32,000 bases of DNA from contig NQJD01000006.1 of assembly GCA_004284765.1 (NCBI GenBank), positions 1 through 32,000 on the forward strand, read 5' to 3'. The translations under genes and the position numbers were made by a program. The notes under the pieces are model-generated. The model was not told the DNA's origin, did no database searches, and worked only from the letters and a program-made list of their open reading frames with translations. Source of the DNA: Candidatus Electronema aureum. GTDB taxonomy: Bacteria > Desulfobacterota > Desulfobulbia > Desulfobulbales > Desulfobulbaceae. This document shows, piece after piece, positions 27,121 to 32,000 of the stretch. Positions within the stretch are counted from its first letter, which is position 1; every line of letters starts with the position of its first letter.

Positions 27121-27360
27121 TCAGCCCGCCTTGGTCGGTCTGACCATCTTAGGCATGTTTTGAATCAGTGCTCGTAGAATGGCATTCACATGCTCTGCTG
27201 ACGTAAACACCTGTGCCACATCAGGATCAAGCACCACAACAAAATCTTGGCGTTTCTCGCTGCCTGCTTGAGAAAAACGGTTTGGACGAGCTTTGCTGTA
27301 ATCAAAGCTATATTCTTGGCGCAGCTCGTCAGATGCTGCGTCTCCAGATGTTTTTTTCAT
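27121..27360 (-). CDS. brnA: BrnA-like antitoxin
   Basis: MKKTSGD...EYSFDYSKARPNRF...VVVLDPDVAQVFTSAEHVNAILRALI resembles BrnA-type antitoxins. It overlaps the brnT 3' end by about 32 nt. Confidence 0.65.
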   Translation of the reverse strand: MKKTSGDAASDELRQEYSFDYSKARPNRFSQAGSEKRQDFVVVLDPDVAQVFTSAEHVNAILRALIQNMPKMVRPTKAG

Positions 27361-27625
27361 AATCACTCTGCTCATGTTTGGTGGCAGGACGCGAGCTGAT
27401 AATGCGAATAACAGTCGCTGCCCGTTCGGTGAAACTTGTCAACAACAGGCGTTTTTTGTCAGAAATGCCAATGATAATTTCTCGCAGCTCTTCAGGCGCG
27501 GAATGCTCCTCATCAGCAAATATTGCCGCTAAAGGGTCTTTGAAAACAGTGCTGGCTTCGTCAAAGCTGACCTTATGCTTTTTGAGATTGCTCGCAGCTT
27601 TGTTGTCATCCCATTCAAAATTCAT
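27329..27625 (-). CDS. brnT: BrnT toxin (DUF497 ribonuclease family)
   Basis: MNFEWDDNKAASNLKKHKVSFDEASTVFKDP...HSAPEELR...IRIISSRPATKHE matches the BrnT/DUF497 pattern. Confidence 0.85.
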   Translation of the reverse strand: MNFEWDDNKAASNLKKHKVSFDEASTVFKDPLAAIFADEEHSAPEELREIIIGISDKKRLLLTSFTERAATVIRIISSRPATKHEQSDYEKNIWRRSI

Positions 27626-27642
27626 TCCAGATGACTTGCTGC

Positions 27643-28353
27643 CTATCCCAGAAATTTATACTGCTGAAGCAAGTCAGAATGGGTTAGCCCATCTGGTTTG
27701 CCGTCATAAAAGATACTGCGGTTGATGGCTGTGACTTGGTCGGCAACGCGAGTGATCATATCCATGCTGTGGCTGACCATCAGGATAGTGATGCCATAGG
27801 TATCGCGCAGACTGACCAGCATCTCCTCAAACTGACGAATACCTACCTCGTCGATATTGCTGGCTGGCTCATCAAGCAGCAGCAGCTCCGGCTTCGGCTC
27901 TAATGCTTGGGCCAGCAGCACTCGGCGGAACTCACCGCCAGAGAGCTGCCCTACACAGCGGTCGATCAGATGCGCACAGTTGGTCGCGGACAGTATCTCC
28001 GTGATTCGTGCGCGCATTGCTCGTCTTCGACCTAAGAAGACCGGCACGTTCTTCAACATGAGAAAGAGGAAGTCAAAGACCGTGATCGGCACGGAATGAT
28101 CAAACTCCAAGAACTGCGGCACATAGCCAATCCGGCAGTTCTCCCGGAAGAGAAAGCGGATCGTGCCTTGATGCGGCATTCCACCCATGACGCTGCGCAT
28201 CAGGGTGGTTTTGCCAGCACCGTTCGGGCCGGTCAGGGCATGGATATGCCCTTTTCGCACCTGAAGATTGATCGCGTCAAGTATCCTGTTCCCCCGGAGA
28301 GTCACAGACAAGTCTGTGATCTCCAAGAGTGTGAGCTGGGCTACGTCGGTCAC
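27643..28353 (-). CDS. Metal ABC transporter ATP-binding protein (ZnuC-like)
   Basis: Walker A GPNGAGKTT, signature LSGGEFRR and Walker B LLLLDEP. Its start overlaps the binding-protein stop (ATGA). Confidence 0.85.
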   Translation of the reverse strand: MTDVAQLTLLEITDLSVTLRGNRILDAINLQVRKGHIHALTGPNGAGKTTLMRSVMGGMPHQGTIRFLFRENCRIGYVPQFLEFDHSVPITVFDFLFLMLKNVPVFLGRRRAMRARITEILSATNCAHLIDRCVGQLSGGEFRRVLLAQALEPKPELLLLDEPASNIDEVGIRQFEEMLVSLRDTYGITILMVSHSMDMITRVADQVTAINRSIFYDGKPDGLTHSDLLQQYKFLG

Positions 28354-29813
28354 GGCTTTTCCTGCGGCTGGGCTGCGGGAGCAGGTACAACGTTCTGCAC
28401 CTTTTGCTTCGCGTTTTCCTGCATTTGCTGGGCAGTGTCTTGCATCCGCTGCTGCTGCATTGCAGGCACAGTTTTCTGGATATTCTCCTGCATAGCTCCC
28501 TGCATCTGCTGAACCTGCTTGCCCATACTGTCCTGCATTTGCTTCTGCTGCACTTCAGGCACCGTCTTTTGCAGATTCTCCTGTACTTTTTCCTGCATCT
28601 TCAGTGCGGCATCCTGCATCTGTTTTTGTTGCATCTCCGGTACAGCCTTTTGGATATTTTCTTTCATACCCTGCTGTACCTGCTGAGTCTGCTTGCTCAT
28701 GCTGTCTTGCATCTGCTTCTGCTGTACTTCAGGCAACGTTTTTTGCAGATTCTCTTGCACGTTCTGCTTCATCTTCTCCTGCATCTGCTGGGCAGTACCC
28801 TGCATTTGCTTGCTGATGTTTTCCTGAATGCTGGTCGGTGCAGCGGACATGTTCTTGCTGCCTTCGGCAACCTCACTCAGAGCAGCAACAATGATGTCCA
28901 TATTCTTCTGCATAGTTTGCTCGAAATGCTCTTTGGTGTATTCACCATTGGAGATATGCGAGAGCGCATACAGACGGCAGCCGGTCTCTTGAAAGATGAT
29001 ATCAACATACTTCTTTTCATAATCCATCTCACCAAAGAGTACATTCACCTTGGCCTGCTTGATCCGCTTAATGGTGTCTTGCAGCTGCTTGGTGCTGGGC
29101 GTAACTCCGTGTCGTGGCTGCACTACCGCGCTGACCTCAATGCCCAGCTCTTGAAAGAGATACGAATAACCATCATGGACGGTGGCAATACGCAGGTTGT
29201 CTAAGTTAAGGCCGTCAATCTTGCTCAGGGTATCATGCAGCATATTGCGCAGTTTACTTGAGTAAGCCCGCAAGTTTTTCGTGAATACCGGTGCTTGTTC
29301 AGGACAGAGCTTTCCCAGTTCTCGGTTGATCATTTGCATCTGCTGAATTGCACCGGTGATGGCGATGTAGGTGTGACTGTTATACGACACCTTAGCTCCG
29401 CCCTCTTCTTTGTCTTCAAAAGCGTAATGCTTGTCATTGAAGGAGGGAATCAGCGGCAGTCCTTTGCTGGTGTCAATAACCACTAGTTTTGGATTGTCTA
29501 TCGCCTTGAGCATCGGTTTGATGAATTCATCATGACCAACGCCATTGACAATCACCACATTAATATTCTCCAGCATGGCCATGTCAGCAGGCACCGGCTG
29601 ATAGGCATGAGGATCAGAGCCGGATGGAATCAGCGAGGTGACATTGGCAGCATCACCGACAATGTTCTTCACCCAAGAGTAATACGGGTGCAACGAAGCC
29701 CCGATATTCAGGTTACATGTGTTTTCTTGGGCATACGCCGGTGCCTGCGTTAAAGACAGGACTGACAGTGCTGTCATCAGACAGCTTGCTGCTTTGTTCA
29801 TGCTCATCACCAT
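28350..29813 (-). CDS. Zn/Mn-family (ZnuA/TroA-like) periplasmic metal-binding protein with a long C-terminal Met/Gln-rich repeat tail
   Basis: A signal peptide is present. His residues sit in ZnuA ligand-like contexts (GSDPHAY, NSHTYI, TVHDGYSY). Residues of about 321-487 are repeats such as QENLQKTVPEVQQKQMQDSM and ENIQKAVPEMQQKQMQD. Confidence 0.8.
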   Translation of the reverse strand: MVMSMNKAASCLMTALSVLSLTQAPAYAQENTCNLNIGASLHPYYSWVKNIVGDAANVTSLIPSGSDPHAYQPVPADMAMLENINVVIVNGVGHDEFIKPMLKAIDNPKLVVIDTSKGLPLIPSFNDKHYAFEDKEEGGAKVSYNSHTYIAITGAIQQMQMINRELGKLCPEQAPVFTKNLRAYSSKLRNMLHDTLSKIDGLNLDNLRIATVHDGYSYLFQELGIEVSAVVQPRHGVTPSTKQLQDTIKRIKQAKVNVLFGEMDYEKKYVDIIFQETGCRLYALSHISNGEYTKEHFEQTMQKNMDIIVAALSEVAEGSKNMSAAPTSIQENISKQMQGTAQQMQEKMKQNVQENLQKTLPEVQQKQMQDSMSKQTQQVQQGMKENIQKAVPEMQQKQMQDAALKMQEKVQENLQKTVPEVQQKQMQDSMGKQVQQMQGAMQENIQKTVPAMQQQRMQDTAQQMQENAKQKVQNVVPAPAAQPQEKP

Positions 29814-29859
29814 CTCAGATTGAAAGAAGATAAAAGAAAACCGGCAGCTCCCGGTCTGT

Positions 29860-30525
29860 TTAGTTGAGTTGCTTTTCTTCAGTTGTAGGAGTGTTGCCGC
29901 TGACTATCCATTTCCAGCCTTTGTCAGCAAGCGGGCCATCAGGGTACTCGGCAATTTTCGGGTTGATCCAGATTTGCGCTGAGAAACGATTGAGTTGGCC
30001 TTGCTCCTGCTTGATCACTGGATACGGATAGTTCCCGCCTTGCAGATCGATGATACGGAGGATGAAGCTGTTTTCCAGCGGATCTGCGCCTGACTTTTCC
30101 TCAGCAGCCGTGTTCTTGTTGATGCCGTAGTAATCAACCCAGCTTGCACCTTGGCGTAGTTCCCACGTGAAACCGCTCAACCCGGCAGGCAGAAACTTGG
30201 CGGCAAAAGGCGGCAAATCTTCCTGCTGAAGCGCGGCAACATCCAGCCATGCGCCGCTTTCCTCGCGCAGTTGAGTGATGGTGTCTGCTGCACCGAGCAA
30301 GGAACGGTACAGCACAGGAGCCTGATTTCTCAGCTTGATATCCCGCATTTGGTAAATTTGAATGCCGTCTCCGACCGTCTCTGGCGCAACTTGGGCAACG
30401 CGCAGACCCGCTATGACTAGGATACAGCAGATGGCAACGATTAACCCCAAGGCCTCACGGCCAGCGGCCAGCGGGGGAACAACGATTTCTTTTGCTGCTG
30501 CAACGGAATTGCTCATATCTTTCAA
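29860..30525 (-). CDS. Hypothetical N-terminally membrane-anchored periplasmic protein, first gene of the metal-transporter cluster
   Basis: 221-aa ORF with one TM segment (ALGLIVAICCILVIAGL) and a soluble domain. No family was recognised. The start may be the ATG at 30516. Confidence 0.55.
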   Translation of the reverse strand: MKDMSNSVAAAKEIVVPPLAAGREALGLIVAICCILVIAGLRVAQVAPETVGDGIQIYQMRDIKLRNQAPVLYRSLLGAADTITQLREESGAWLDVAALQQEDLPPFAAKFLPAGLSGFTWELRQGASWVDYYGINKNTAAEEKSGADPLENSFILRIIDLQGGNYPYPVIKQEQGQLNRFSAQIWINPKIAEYPDGPLADKGWKWIVSGNTPTTEEKQLN

Positions 30526-30678
30526 TCACCCTACCAAAGATTCTATTGTCTCTCAGTGAAGTATTATTTTGATAGAAGACGTATCACTGTTTTCAGGATT
30601 ACGCAACTTTTTTTTTGCGGCAAGTGGGAAAAAATTACTCAGGTAGCCAGTAGCGGGTTCGCTTTGAAAGGTTTAGGA

Positions 30679-30699
30679 TAGGAGTTACGCAGTTGGCAA
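30679..30699 (+). repeat. 21-bp direct repeat, copy 2 (TAGGAGTTACGCAGTTGGCAA)
   Basis: Identical to 11747-11767. It lies in the intergenic region upstream of panB. Confidence 0.8.
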
Positions 30700-30785
30700 A
30701 AATCAGCTAACATGGCAGGATGAGCGCACGGTGCGCCGTGACTATCCATCTGCTTGCCTCTTTTTGTGAAAAAATTTACTCCTGT

Positions 30786-31622
30786 ATGAATACAATAACC
30801 GTTAAAGATTTTCGCGAGCGGAAAGGTGGTCAGCGGCTTTCCGTGCTTACCGCCTATGATGCGTCAATGGCCCGTTTGCTGGACAGCGCGGGTGCGGATG
30901 CCCTGTTGGTCGGCGATTCGCTGGGCATGGTGGTTTTGGGCTATGATTCTACCTTGCCCGTGACGATGGAACAAATGCTGCACCATGCTGGTGCGGTCAG
31001 TCGAGGCACAACGCGGGCTTTAGTGCTTGCTGACATGCCCTTTGGCTCCTATCAGATAAGCGTGGAACAGGCCGTGGCTAATGGCGTGCGCTTCATCAAA
31101 GAAGCGGGCTGCGGGGCCGTTAAGCTGGAAGGTGGGGCAGAAGTCTGCGAGGCCGTGCAGGCACTGGTGCAGGCCGGAGTACCAGTCATGGGACATATCG
31201 GCCTGACTCCACAAACTGCTGGACAGTTAGGCGGCTACAAGGTGCAGGGCAAGAATATAGCAGCGGCGCGGAAGTTGCTCGCTGATGCGAAGGCTTTGGC
31301 AGCTGCTGGAGTATTCAGCATAGTTTTGGAAGCGGTTCCTGCTCATTTGTCTGAGATCATCACTCAATCAGTAGCTGTGCCGACCATTGGCATCGGAGCT
31401 GGACCCGGTTGCGATGGCCAAGTGTTAGTGACCAATGATCTGCTTGGCCTGTTTGAGAAATTCACACCGAAATTCGTCAAGCAATATGCCAACCTTGCGC
31501 CAGTGATTCAAGAGGCTGTGCGAAACTTCCTCAGCGAAGTGGAGAAGGGTACCTTTCCTGGTCCAGAACACAGTTTTGGTGGCGGTGAGGATTTCATCAG
31601 CAATCTGCTGGAGGAAAGCTGA
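30786..31622 (+). CDS. panB: 3-methyl-2-oxobutanoate hydroxymethyltransferase PanB
   Basis: LSVLTAYDASMARLLDSAGADALLVGDSLGMVVLGY, ADMPFGSY and VKLEGG. The start is moved to the ATG at 30786 (MNTITVKDF). Confidence 0.9.
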   Translation: MNTITVKDFRERKGGQRLSVLTAYDASMARLLDSAGADALLVGDSLGMVVLGYDSTLPVTMEQMLHHAGAVSRGTTRALVLADMPFGSYQISVEQAVANGVRFIKEAGCGAVKLEGGAEVCEAVQALVQAGVPVMGHIGLTPQTAGQLGGYKVQGKNIAAARKLLADAKALAAAGVFSIVLEAVPAHLSEIITQSVAVPTIGIGAGPGCDGQVLVTNDLLGLFEKFTPKFVKQYANLAPVIQEAVRNFLSEVEKGTFPGPEHSFGGGEDFISNLLEES

Positions 31623-31687
31623 CCTTCCCCGCTGCACCTGCTGCTTGTTTCCTTGACGGAAGCGGACGGGTGGTATAAAAAAAGCGG

Positions 31688-32000
31688 ATGACGGATAAAA
31701 AGATACATCTGCCAGTGCTGCCCAGAGAAGTAATAGACTGGCTGCGGCCACACGCCAAGGGCATTTATGTTGATGGTACTCTCGGCCTTGGTGGGCATAC
31801 TGAGCTGATTCTGCAAAATTCTGGTACAGACGGCAGAGTTTTTGGCTTTGAATGGGATGCCCAAGCCGCGCAGTTAGCAGCGGAGCGATTAGCAGGCTTC
31901 GGCGAAAGATTTCACCTGATTCCAGCTTCCTACGCGGAAATGCTCGCTCAGTGCCAAGCGCAGGGAGCAGAGCAGATAGACGGTATTTTGCTCGATCTCG
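31688..32000 (+). CDS. rsmH: 16S rRNA m4C1402 methyltransferase RsmH (5' part, runs off the window)
   Basis: My own translation gives MTDKKIHLPVLPREVIDWLRPHAKGIYVDGTLGLGGHTELIL, which matches the RsmH/MraW N-terminus. It is absent from the ORF track because no stop codon lies in the window. Confidence 0.8.
   Translation, partial: MTDKKIHLPVLPREVIDWLRPHAKGIYVDGTLGLGGHTELILQNSGTDGRVFGFEWDAQAAQLAAERLAGFGERFHLIPASYAEMLAQCQAQGAEQIDGILLDL

Overview
The taxon is a guess: gene content and protein sequences look like an anaerobic Desulfobulbales or Thermodesulfobacteriota-type genome, and GC looks moderate by eye.

**Left third (1-9.1 kb), mostly housekeeping:**
- M20 peptidase, greA, a DegT-family aminotransferase, rpoH and lepA.
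- A membrane-anchored TPR protein and an MFS transporter.

**9.1-12.4 kb, visibly AT-richer:**
- An orphan PAS histidine kinase with a Cys-rich sensor motif.
- A 475-aa coiled-coil/TPR-like protein of unknown function.
- A small secreted Met-rich protein.

**Centre (12.4-26.2 kb), a nitrogen block:**
- On the minus strand, one operon reads napF-napD-napD-napA-napG-napH-napB plus an HAO-family octaheme cytochrome c. No napC/nrfH or nrfA is present, so this could be a complete nitrate-to-ammonium module.
- A Crp/Fnr-family regulator sits divergent to it.
- Next comes nifH-nifI1-nifI2-nifD-nifK with a textbook sigma54 promoter and a TGT-N10-ACA upstream site.

**Right (26.2-32 kb):**
- A ZnuABC/TroA-type metal ABC transporter. 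A BrnT/BrnA toxin-antitoxin pair is embedded between its ATPase and permease genes. Its binding protein carries a roughly 165-aa Met/Gln-rich repeat tail.
- panB and the 5' part of rsmH.

**Signals the genes do not explain:**
- Five copies of a 23-bp palindrome-containing tandem repeat, plus GC-rich hairpins, in an unusually long nifD-nifK spacer.
- A (GGAGAA)6 microsatellite directly upstream of the napF ribosome-binding site.
- A perfect 21-bp direct repeat (11747 and 30679) bracketing the whole nitrogen and metal block.

**Limits:**
- No rRNA, tRNA, CRISPR array, transposase or integrase was recognised.
- All motif coordinates were counted by hand and may be off by 1-2 nt.
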